Assembly: GCA_024679065.1 (NCBI GenBank)
Contig: JAGIQG010000009.1
Coordinates: 85,808,001 to 85,872,000, forward strand
DNA: 64,000 nucleotides
Origin: Sphyrna mokarran
Taxonomy: Eukaryota
Direction: 5' to 3'
Both the position numbers and the translations under genes were made by a program. Numbering within the stretch: the stretch's first letter is position 1; every line of letters starts with the position of its first letter. Positions 1 through 9,062 of the stretch are shown piece after piece. Below the pieces are notes generated by a model. The model was not told where the DNA came from, made no database searches, and was given only the letters and a program-made list of their open reading frames with translations.

Positions 1-386
1 CACACAGAAGTAAAACTCACTGGCCTATAATTCCCAGGAAGTTCTCTCTTCCCCTTCTTAAACAATGGGACCACATTCGCCATCCTCCAGTCCTCCGGAA
101 CCACACCCGTAACCAACGAGGACCTGAAGATCAGAGCCAGAGGCTCTGCAATCTCCTCTCTTGCCTCCCAGAGAATCCTAGGGTAAATCCCGTCCGGCCC
201 AGGGGACTTATCCAACTTCAAACCCCGAGAATTTCTAACACATCCTCCCTCATCTACTACAATACTCCCCAATTTGCACCCCTGTACCTCAGTGCTCTCC
301 ACAGCTACATTTCCAGCACTCTGCGTGAATACCGAAGAGAAATTTACAAAAATTATTCAGTGCTCACCAATCTCTTCAGGCTCCAC

Positions 387-1535
387 TCACAACTTCCCAC
401 TGCTGTCTATGACTGGCCCTAATCTTGCCCTAACCAATCTTCTATTCTTAACATATCGAAAGAAAGCTTTAGGATTCTCCTTAATCCTATCAGCCAACAT
501 CTTCTCGTGTCCCCTCTTAGCTCTCCTCAATTCACTTTTTACCTCCTTCCTAGCTAATCTATAGCTATCCATTGCACTACCTGAGCCTTCAAGCCTCATC
601 CTGACATAAGCCTCCTTTTTCTTCTTAACCAGCAAATCAACTCTTTTCGTACACCAAGGCTCTCTTACTCGTCCATTTCCTCCCTGCCTGACAGGGACAT
701 ACTTATCAAGGACTCGCAGCAGCTGCTCCTTGAATAAGCACCACATTCCAGATGTTCCCAGTCCCTGTAGTTCCCTAGTCCAATCTATGCACCCTAATTC
801 TCTCCTGATGGCCTCATAATTACCCTTCCCCCAGCTATAACTACTGCCCCCAGCTTCATGCCTATCCCTATCCATCACTAAGGTGAACGTAACCGAATTG
901 TGGTCACTATCACCAAAATGTTCACTAACTTCCAAGCCTAACACCTGGTCTGGCTCATTGCCCAGCACCAAATCCAATGTAGCCTCACCTCTAGTTGGCC
1001 TATCTACATACTGAGTCAAAAAACCTTCCTGCACACTCTGTACGAAAACTGACCCCTCTAACGAGCTAGAGCTATAGCTATTCCAATCAATATTAGCAAA
1101 GTTAAAGTCCCCCATCACAATTACCCTACTACTTTCACTCCTAATCAGAATTGACTTCGCAATCCTTTCCTCAACCTCTCTAGAACTATTAGGAGGTCTG
1201 TAAAAGACTCCCAACAGGGTGACCTCTCCTCTCCTGTTTCTAATATCAGCCCATACTACCTCAACAGACAAGTCCTCATCAAACTTCTTTTCGATCACCG
1301 TGATACAGTCTTTGACCAGTAACGCCACTCCTCCCCCCCTTCTACCCCCTTCTCTACTCCGACTAAAGCATTTGTACCCCGGAACCTGCAACATCCATTC
1401 CTGTCCCTGCTCTACCCAAGTCTCTGAAATGGCCACAACATCGAAGTTCCAGGTACTGGTCCAAGCTGCAAGTTCCTCCCCCTTATTGCGAATACTCCTT
1501 GCATTAAAGTATACGCATCTCAAACCATGCCCCAC
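387..1535 (-). pseudogene. CR1 ORF2 N-terminal APE endonuclease and linker, ended by a nonsense codon
   Basis: Motifs NARS, ISETW, YRPP, MGDFN, LDLV, SDH; TGA at 387-389 where the sister copy (60072-61037 ORF) reads TGC (SSGKLC). Confidence 0.9.
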
Positions 1536-1637
1536 CCCACCCGTACGCCGCTGTGTTTTACAACTCTCCTCTATAACCCCCTTACTCTCATCCCTCTCAG
1601 CACCCCAACTACTTAGGATCCCACCCCCCCCCCCGAA

Positions 1638-2561
1638 TCAGTTTAAAGCCCCCATCATAGCCTTAGCAAATTTTCCCCCCAAGATATTAGTCCCCCTCTG
1701 GTTCAGGTGTAGACCATCTCTCTTGAAGAGGTCCCACCTATCCCAGAATGAGTCCCAATTGTTAAGGAACCTGAACCCTTCCCTCCTGCACCATCCACGC
1801 AGCCATGAGTTCAAACTATCCCTTTCTCTGTTCATCTCTAAACTATCTCTTGGCACAGGCAAGAGTCCAGAGATAACCACTCTGCCTGTTATGGACCTAA
1901 GCTTCCACCCTAACTCCATAAATTTCTGTTTAATATCCCCTTCCCTTGTCCTACCTACATCATGTGTCCCCACATGAACAATGACTTGGGGCTGACTCCC
2001 CTCACCCTTAAGAATCCTAAAAACCCGATCTGCAACATCCTGGACCCCAGCCCCTGGGAGGCAACACACCAGCCCTGAGTCCTGTTTATTACTATTTACC
2101 CTCCTATCTGTCCCACTAACTATGGAGTCTCCTATAACTAGGCCTAATCTCTTATTCCCCCCACCCACCTGAGCATTCTCAGCAGGCTCACCCCCAGAGA
2201 CCTGCTCCCTTTGGTCAGCTCCAGTTGATTCTTCCTCAACTGTAGCCTCCAAGACAGAAAATTTATTTTGGAGGGGAACAGCCCCAGGGGATTGTCTCCC
2301 CGATTGCTTCTTACCCCTCCTCCTAATAGTTACCCAATTATCACTTATAGGAGTTACAATCTCTTTGTTACTCCTGCCTATATCCTCCTCAACCTCTCGA
2401 ATTACCCTGAGCTCCTCTAATTCCAGCTCCAGCTCCTTAACACGATCCTCAAGGAGCTGCAAATGTGCACACTTCCTGCAGGTATAATCAGCAGGAACAC
2501 TACTGGTGTCCCTCACCTCATACATACCGCAGGAGGTGCAATGTACTACCTGCACTGCCAT
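1638..2561 (-). CDS. CR1 ORF1p: CxxC...CxxC zinc finger, coiled coil and SGNH/GDSL esterase domain
   Basis: MAVQVVHCTSC...CRKC, heptad stretch LEDRVKELELELEELR, SGNH blocks GDSIV / PGAG / VHVGTHD / DGLHLN; uninterrupted ORF, ATG at 2561. Confidence 0.88.
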   Translation of the reverse strand: MAVQVVHCTSCGMYEVRDTSSVPADYTCRKCAHLQLLEDRVKELELELEELRVIREVEEDIGRSNKEIVTPISDNWVTIRRRGKKQSGRQSPGAVPLQNKFSVLEATVEEESTGADQREQVSGGEPAENAQVGGGNKRLGLVIGDSIVSGTDRRVNSNKQDSGLVCCLPGAGVQDVADRVFRILKGEGSQPQVIVHVGTHDVGRTREGDIKQKFMELGWKLRSITGRVVISGLLPVPRDSLEMNRERDSLNSWLRGWCRREGFRFLNNWDSFWDRWDLFKRDGLHLNQRGTNILGGKFAKAMMGALN

Positions 2562-2739
2562 CACTGTTACTTTAATTTGCAGGAGAGAAAAAAAAACTAC
2601 ACACACACTATTATTATTAGGTCAGAGGAGGGGGGAGGGTGGGATACTCTACCTGTGTAGAGTATCGGGTTTCCTCTCTGGACCAATTTATAGAGTTCCT
2701 CACTCTGTGTCCTCTCTCTCCCCCAGTCCCTCACTCTGT

Positions 2740-2840
2740 GTCCTCTCTCTCCCCCCCCCTTTCCCCCCACCCCACCCCCCCCCCCCCTCCCCCTCCCCCC
2801 CCCTCCCTTCACCCCCCCCCCCCCCCCCCCAACCCCTCCT
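2740..2840. repeat. Poly-C / C-rich low-complexity tract (G-rich on the minus strand)
   Basis: Long C runs visible directly. Confidence 0.85.
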
Positions 2841-2849
2841 CTTTCTTTT

Positions 2850-3232
2850 ATTCTGGATGACTATTGGAAACGAAATAGGATAGGGGGTTATAGATGGTCT
2901 GTGGATTGGTAGATGTGATCACCCAACTCGTGGGCCCGAAGGGCCTGTTCTGTGCTGTATTGGTGCTAGTTTTCTATGTTCAATTCCTTGTTTGGGTCAC
3001 GGTTCTGTGTGGAGTTATGCCATTCCTCCCCGTGTCTGCATGGGTTTCCTCTGGTGCTTCAGTTTCCCCCTACACTCCAAAGCTGTGTGGATTAGGGGGA
3101 CTGGCCGTGTTAAACTACCCCTTAGTATCAGGGGGACTAGCTAGGATAAATGCATGGGGTTATGGGGATAGGGCCTGGGTGGTATTGTGCTTAGTGCAGA
3201 CTCGATGGGCCGAATTGTAGGGATTCTATGAT
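2850..3232 (+). mobile_element. CR1 3' tail fragment followed by an HE1/V-type SINE body
   Basis: gggcccgaagggcctgttctgtgctgta tail, then SINE core ccccgtgtctgcatgggtttcctctggtgct. Confidence 0.7.
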
Positions 3233-4061
3233 TCTGACCAAAGATCATCAAGCTGAAACATTCTCTGTTTCTCACTCTATAAAAAAACTGAGTGGAGCAT
3301 TTCCAGCATTTTTTTTTGTTTTAAATTCAAATTTCCAACTTATTCAGTATTTTGTTTTATAAAAGTCTTTCTCAATTTGAAAGCTTTAATTAACCTCAAA
3401 AATCCATAGTTTTACAAAGAGAATATTCTGGATTTACACCACCTTTTATGTGAAAAACTGTTTTCTGATTTCCCTCCTGAATGGCCAAGGTTTATGTTTG
3501 AGATGATGTCTCTTGTTCATGTTCCTCCCACCAGAGGGAGCCCTTTCTCTGTCTCTAAGCCCTTTCTGTCCATTGTAAATTAATTGAGTGTTTAATTGTG
3601 CTCAGGCACTGAGATTAATCAGGAATTCATTATAATCCTATTAATCAGGGTAAATTCACACTCTGTTTGTTGGGTTACAAGGTTTGTGTTTGTCTCTGTC
3701 AATAAAAAAAATTGTAAACAGGTAAAGATTAAAACAACAACTTGTATTTATGTAGCCCCTTTAACATAATAAAACGTCCTGTGGGGATTCACAGGAACTT
3801 TCTAATACAAGCTGTGACAGTGAGTTGTATCAGGAGATATTAGGCCAGAATAACAAGTATTTGGTCAGAGGTAGCAGTTAAGGATTGTCTGAGGCAGAGA
3901 GGGGGAGAGATTTAAGGAGGGAATTCCAGACGGTTTGGGCTCAAGCAGCTGAAGAACTGGTGAACAATGGCAGAGCGATTAAAATTGGAGTTGCTGAGAC
4001 CAACATTTAACATTTTAAACATTTCTATTAGATCATCACTTAATCTTCTGAGTCAACAAAA

Positions 4062-5710
4062 TGCAAGCTCAGTCTGTGTAACGTGTCCTTTTAATTTAAC
4101 TCCTTTAACCCCAGGAATATTCTGCTGAAACTTCACTGCACTCCCTCCAAGACTAATATATCCTGACAGATATACAGTGCCGAAAACTGAACACATTTCT
4201 CCAGATGGGAATAAAACAGATTCTGTACAGCTGGAACATAACTTCTGACCCTCAATATTCCAGCCCTTGAGATCAAGAACAGCATTCTTTAATGTTTCTA
4301 TCTGTCAATATATTTTTGGTTTTGAATCCCTAAATCTTTTGACTCATCCACAATTCCCAATTTCTGACTGGGGCAGCACAGTGGCACTGTGGTTAGCATT
4401 GCTGCCTCATAGTGTGAGGGACCCTGGTTCAATTCTGGTTTTAGGTGACTATGTTGGAATTTACACGTATTCCCGGGTCCTCTGGTTTCCTCCCACAATC
4501 CAAAGATGTGCAGGTCAGGTGAATTAGCTATGGTAAAAATGCAGGGTTACAGAGATAGGGCAAGGAGGAAAGCCAGGGTACATTGCTGCTTTTTTGGGTC
4601 TGCGCTGATTCTCCAAAGGACCAAATGCCCTCTTTTCTGGGATTCTTTTCCATAGATTTTATAGACCATGCCAGAAATTTGTTTGTTTTAGTTCCACAGT
4701 GGATGATCTGGCTATCCCACATTAAACTCAATCTGTTGTAGTTTCACCCACTCACAGTATCTGTTAATATCCCTTTAGAACTTTCTGTTCCCTTCGATGC
4801 AACTTATTGACCATCTGAACATTTATAACTTTGATACACAACTTTCCTTCACTGATACATTTATAAATGTGATGAACAGTTATGGCCCCAGTACAGATCC
4901 CACTAATCAGATTACTTACCCATTAACCCCAATCCCTGCCTCCGACCTCCCAAAACTATTCCCAGCCCAAGTCAAAAGACCCCATCCATATCCATTCCTA
5001 TTCACTCTCATTTTTAGCAACAGTCTTTTGTGTGGAACCTTATGGAAAACCTCCTGGAAATCTATGGAATAAACCCATAGACAATCCTTAATATTCTGTG
5101 TTAGTGACCTGCTCAAAATGCTCAGGAGGAGAAAGTGAGATAGAGAGGGGGAAGATTGTAGAAGGGGGGAAGTGAGATGTGGGGGGGAGGAGGTTGATGG
5201 AAGTTATTTGAGATCTTGAGGTTATACCAGTTGAAGACGCAGACAGCAATAGTGAAGAAATCAAATCAGGATGTTCAAGAGGCCAGAATTAAAGGAGTTC
5301 AGAGATCTCAGAGGGTTGTGTGGGTGGAGGAAGTTATAGGAAGGGGCAAGGCCATGGAGGGATTTGAAAACAAGATGAGAATTTTAACATGGGGCTGTCG
5401 CATGATTGGGAGCCAGTCAGTAAGCACAGGAAGTGATAGGGGAAAGGAGATTTGCCATGAGTTAAAATGTTGGTGGCAGAGTTTTGGATTGTCTCAAGTT
5501 TCCAGAAGTAGAGTGTGGGAGATCAGCGAGGAGAGTGTTGAACTGTCAAGTCTAATGGTGGGGAAGGTATGAGCGAGGATTTCAGCAGAAGAACAGCTGA
5601 GATCAGCTGACATTAGAGGGGAGCTCAGCAGTTTTAGTGTCCGAATCTCATCTCTGGGGCAACTATGACACTAAGGATCCAATTCTCAGAAATACAGAGA
5701 GGATCCCGGC
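4062..5710 (+). repeat. Segmental duplication copy 1 (mosaic of old CR1, SINE and L2 fragments); inverted copy at 42081-43996
   Basis: tgcaagctcagtctgtgtaacgtgtc (4062) is the reverse complement of 43971-43996; the end at 5643-5710 matches the reverse complement of 42081-42148; ORFs 5216-5572(+) and 42328-42711(-) are homologous. Confidence 0.9.
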
Positions 5711-6252
5711 TTAGGAAACCCAATTTCAGAATCCAGCCCCTGAAACCGGCACCCACCATTTTTGGCGCAGGAATGGAGTTGTGTTGTCTTTGCACACCTG
5801 TGCTTCAAAGAGACAGTGCACCTGTAAAAGTACAACAACTTTCAAACAAATCCAATTGTCAGTGGAATGTCTAAAACATGACATGTGGACTATAGGGCTC
5901 TCAGGGTAAAGTCTTAAATAGACAGAATTCTTGGGATGGATGCCAAGGGGCATCCTTTTGGTGAGGTAAGGTGTCCTTTTGGAGAAAAGCAGGGAAAGCT
6001 TCAGGAGAATGACATTTTGGAGAAGTAATTTGGAATTGTTGGAAACATGAATATGCATAAAAAGTGAAAAACTCATTGGAACTCTGTAGATATTAGAACT
6101 ATTAGGATCTGGCCAATGAGATGCAACAGAAGCTGAAAGAGAGAATGGGAGAAAGGAGTTTCCATTGACAACAGGGGGTTAAATATAAACGGTATACTGT
6201 TACAAAAAATAACAGCCTGATGGTGCTCAGTGTGATTGAACATTATCTACAT

Positions 6253-7339
6253 GGGCCCTGTGTGTTGTGCCAGTGGGGTTTATTTGCAGGCGGCCCTGTG
6301 TGTTGTGTCGGTGGGGTTTATTTGCAGGGGGCTCTGTGTGTTGTGTCGGTGGGGTTTGTTTGTCGGGGGCCCTGTGTGTTGTGTCGGTGGGGTTTATCTA
6401 TAAGGGGCCCTGTGTGTTGTGTCGGTGGGGTTTATTTGCAGGGGGCCCTGTGTGTTGTGTCGGTGGGGTTTATTTGTAGGGGCCCTGTGTGTTGTGTCGG
6501 TGGGGTTTATTTGTAGGGGGCCCTGTGTGTTGTGTCGGTGGGGTTTATTTGCAGGGGACCCTGTGTGTTGTGTCGGTGGGGTTTATTTGCAGGGGGCCCT
6601 GTGTGTTGTGTCGGTGGGGTTTATTTGCAGGGGGCCCTGTGTGTTGTGTCGGTGGGGTTTATTTGCAGGGGGCCCTGTGTGTTGTGTCGGTGGGGTTTAT
6701 TTGCAGGGGGCCCTGTGTGTTGTGTCGGTGGGGTTTATTTGCAGGGGGCCCTGTGTGTTGTGTCGGTGGGGTTTATTTGCAGGGGGCCCTGTGTGTTGTG
6801 TCGGTGGGGTTTATTTGCAGGGGGCCCTGTGTGTTGTGTCGGTGGGGTTTATTTGTAGGGGGCCCTGTGTGTTGTGTCGGTGGGGTTTATTTGTAGGGGC
6901 CCTGTGTGTTGTGTCGGTGGGGTTTATTTGCAGGGGCCCTGTGTGTTGTGTCGGTGGGGTTTATTTGCAGGGCCCTGTGTGTTGTGTCGGTGGGGTTTAT
7001 TTGTAGGGGGCCCTGTGTGTTGTGTCGGTGGGGTTTATTTGTAGGGGGCCCTGTGTGTTGTGTCGGTGGGGTTTATTTGCAGGGGGCCCTGTGTGTTGTG
7101 TCGGTGGGGTTTATTTGCAGGGGGCCCTGTGTGTTGTGTCGGTGGGGTTTATTTGCAGAGGGCCCTGTGTGTTGTGTCGGTGGGGTTTATTTGCAGGGGG
7201 CCCTGTGTGTTGTGTCGGTGGGGTTTATTTGCAGGGGGCCCTGTGTGTTGTGTCGGTGGGGTTTATTTGCAGGGGGCCCTGTGTGTTGTGTCGGTGGGGT
7301 TTATTTGTAGGGGGCCCTGTGTGTTGTGTCGGTGGGGTT
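6253..7339 (+). repeat. 38-bp minisatellite, ~28-29 copies, unit GGGGGCCCTGTGTGTTGTGTCGGTGGGGTTTATTTGCA
   Basis: Directly visible, highly homogeneous tandem array. Confidence 0.97.
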
Positions 7340-7615
7340 CAGTGTGTGGACAGTGATGTTGCGAAGCTGTTCTCCGGGTTGTGTTGGGTTGAGGGAGCCG
7401 CTCACTGGGAGAGACAGACTGATCCTGCCCCGGCGCTGGTGGTGATGAAGCGGAGTGAGCAGAGACCGGGAGATCTGGCTGTGTCTCTGCCCCTTTCTGT
7501 GTGTTTGGGAGTGGGGATGGGTTTGGGGTTCATGTCCTGATCTCTCTCTCTCTGTGTTGGGGGGGGGGGATTATTGTGTGTGTTTGAGGTTAATGTCCTG
7601 ATCTGTGTTTTTCAG

Positions 7616-7875
7616 ACTCTCACTTTCTCCGGTATTTCCACACATCAATGACCCCGGTTCCCAGTCTGCCGGAGTTTGTGGTAGTCGGTTATGTGGATGA
7701 GCTGGAGTTTGTTCATTATGGCAGTATCTGAAGAAGATGGTTCCCCGGCAGCGCTGGATGGCGGACAGTGTGGGACCCGATTACTGGGATGAGGAGACAC
7801 AGAAGCAGCAGGGCTGGGAGCAGGGGGGAAAAGTCGCTATTCAGATCCTCTCGGAGCGGACCAATCAGAGCGGCG
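7616..7875 (+). CDS. MHC class I exon 2 (alpha1 domain), 1-nt deletion near 7726
   Basis: ttttcag|AC TCT CAC = DSHFLRYFHTSMTPVPSLPEFVVVGYVDELEFVHYGS, then after the shift LKKMVPRQRWMADSVGPDYWDEETQKQQGWEQGGKVAIQILSERTNQSG|gtaag; NQS glycosylation site. Confidence 0.93.
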
Positions 7876-7915
7876 GTAAGTGACCATCTCCCCCCCCCCC
7901 CCCGCACTGAGCCGG

Positions 7916-8059
7916 GGGGCGGGGCATCCGGGTTCCTGTTAAACCTGATTGGCTGGCGGGAGTGGGGGCGCGCGTGCGCGCTTCATCCCGCTGTTTCCTA
8001 TTGGCTGCCCGAGCCCGCTGGGCGGGTGGGGGTCTCCTGTTCCTCTCTGTGATTGGCTG
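7916..8059. promoter_or_regulatory. Promoter-like motif cluster in intron 2: three CCAAT/Y boxes, GC boxes and an NRF1-like site in CpG-rich DNA
   Basis: ATTGGCTG at 7948, 8000 and 8052; GGGGCGGGGC 7916-7925; GCGCGTGCGC 7970-7979; GGGCGGG at 8020. Confidence 0.5.
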
Positions 8060-8077
8060 TTTCTGTGTGATTGACAG

Positions 8078-8350
8078 GGATCCACACCTATCAGGTGATG
8101 TATGGCTGTGAGCTGCGGAAGGACGGCAGCACCGCGGGATTTTACCAGTTCGGCTGGGACGGGAAAGACTTCGTGAGCTTCGATAAGGAGCGGAGCGTGT
8201 GGGTGACCCCGGTACAATGGGGGGAGATCACCAAGGCCAAGTGGGATAAGAACCAAGCAGAGAATCAGCAGCGGAAGGGTTACCTGGAGGGAATCTGCAT
8301 CGAGTGGCTGAATAAATACCTGCGGTATGGAGAGAGAGAGCTGAGAGCCG
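8078..8350 (+). CDS. MHC class I exon 3 (alpha2 domain)
   Basis: gacag|GG ATC...GCC G|gtgag, 273 nt; HTYQVMYGCE...GWDGKDF...ITKAKWD...YLEGICIEWLNKYL. Confidence 0.96.
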
Positions 8351-8467
8351 GTGAGTGAGTGAGGGGGAGATCTGGGGGTCGGTCCCCCGGGAATGGGGTC
8401 GGTTTAATTCAGTCTGTGTGGAGTTTCTCTGCTCCTGTGTTAATCTCTCTCTCTCTCTGTCTCTCAG

Positions 8468-8731
8468 TTGCTCCCACCGTCTCCTTTACCCGGCGGGGTG
8501 ACAGTAAGAAACTCTCCTGTGTGGCCACTGGCTTCTACCCTCAGTCTATCGAGATGAAACTGCACCGAGATCAGGCGGCTGCCGATGAGCCTTATTCCAG
8601 TGGGATCCGCCCCAACCACGATGGCACTTACCAGATGGAGAAACAGACCGACTTTGAACCGGGCGACTCGGCCAAGTTCTCCTGTGTGGTGGATCATGCC
8701 GGGCTGAACCAGAAATTGGTGGTGTTTTATG
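8468..8731 (+). CDS. MHC class I exon 4 (alpha3, Ig C1 domain)
   Basis: ctctcag|TT GCT...TAT G|gtaag, 264 nt; LSCVATGFYP...PNHDGTYQ...FSCVVDHAGL. Confidence 0.96.
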
Positions 8732-8957
8732 GTAAGACCATCTCCCCATGTGTGAGGATCCAGTCTGTCTCCCTCGCTATGGGAGAGGGTCAGTGCTGAG
8801 CTGTGTGAAGGAGTTCATTGTATCCCAGTGGGACTCATATCCAACACCATAGACTTCCCAGTATTTTCAGATATTATAATTTAATTGGTCTTTGTGCTGT
8901 ATGATGTTCCTGATGCCTGTTATGTAACTCTTTTTATCTGTTTTTTTTTCTCCTCAG

Positions 8958-9062
8958 AGCCAAAAGCTGACTCCAGGTTCCCAGTTATTATTGTCATTAT
9001 TATTGCTGTCCTGGTGCTTGTTGCTCTCACTGTTGTGGGTGTCATCCTGTACAAGAAGAAAG
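8958..9062 (+). CDS. MHC class I exon 5 (connecting peptide and transmembrane)
   Basis: ctcctcag|AG CCA...AAA G|gtagg, 105 nt; EPKADSRFPVIIVIIIAVLVLVALTVVGVILYKKK. Confidence 0.93.

Larger units (their letters stand above)
1..2700 (-). mobile_element. CR1-clade LINE (family A), 5' portion: 5'UTR, ORF1 and ORF2 (runs off the left edge)
   Basis: ORF1 (1638-2561) followed by an APE endonuclease/RT ORF2; near-identical to the copy at 58882-61645. Confidence 0.93.

Noticed and set aside
1219-1977. Long + strand ORF (252 aa) and similar antisense ORFs over other CR1 copies
   Set aside because: Antisense shadows of CR1 ORF1/ORF2
2506-2883. Poly-proline / poly-glycine ORFs
   Set aside because: Products of the poly-C tract
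3233-3350. Hammerhead ribozyme in an old Penelope-like terminal fragment (also ~41174-41256)
   Set aside because: The CUGANGA box is too decayed (CTGACCA / CTGTAGA) to support a functional call
4371-4450. tRNA gene (also at 34061, 44231 and 47150)
   Set aside because: tRNA-derived SINE heads continuing into SINE cores; no complete cloverleaf
6253-7339. CRISPR-like array
   Set aside because: Units are contiguous with no unique spacers, there are no cas genes, and the context is eukaryotic
7356-7450. ATG at ~7356 as the MHC leader exon
   Set aside because: Encodes MLRSCSPGCVGLREP..., which is not hydrophobic, hits a stop and has no phase-1 donor
6220-7540. Cys/Gly/Val-rich ORFs in all three + frames
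   Set aside because: Translations of the 38-bp minisatellite; no evidence of a real protein
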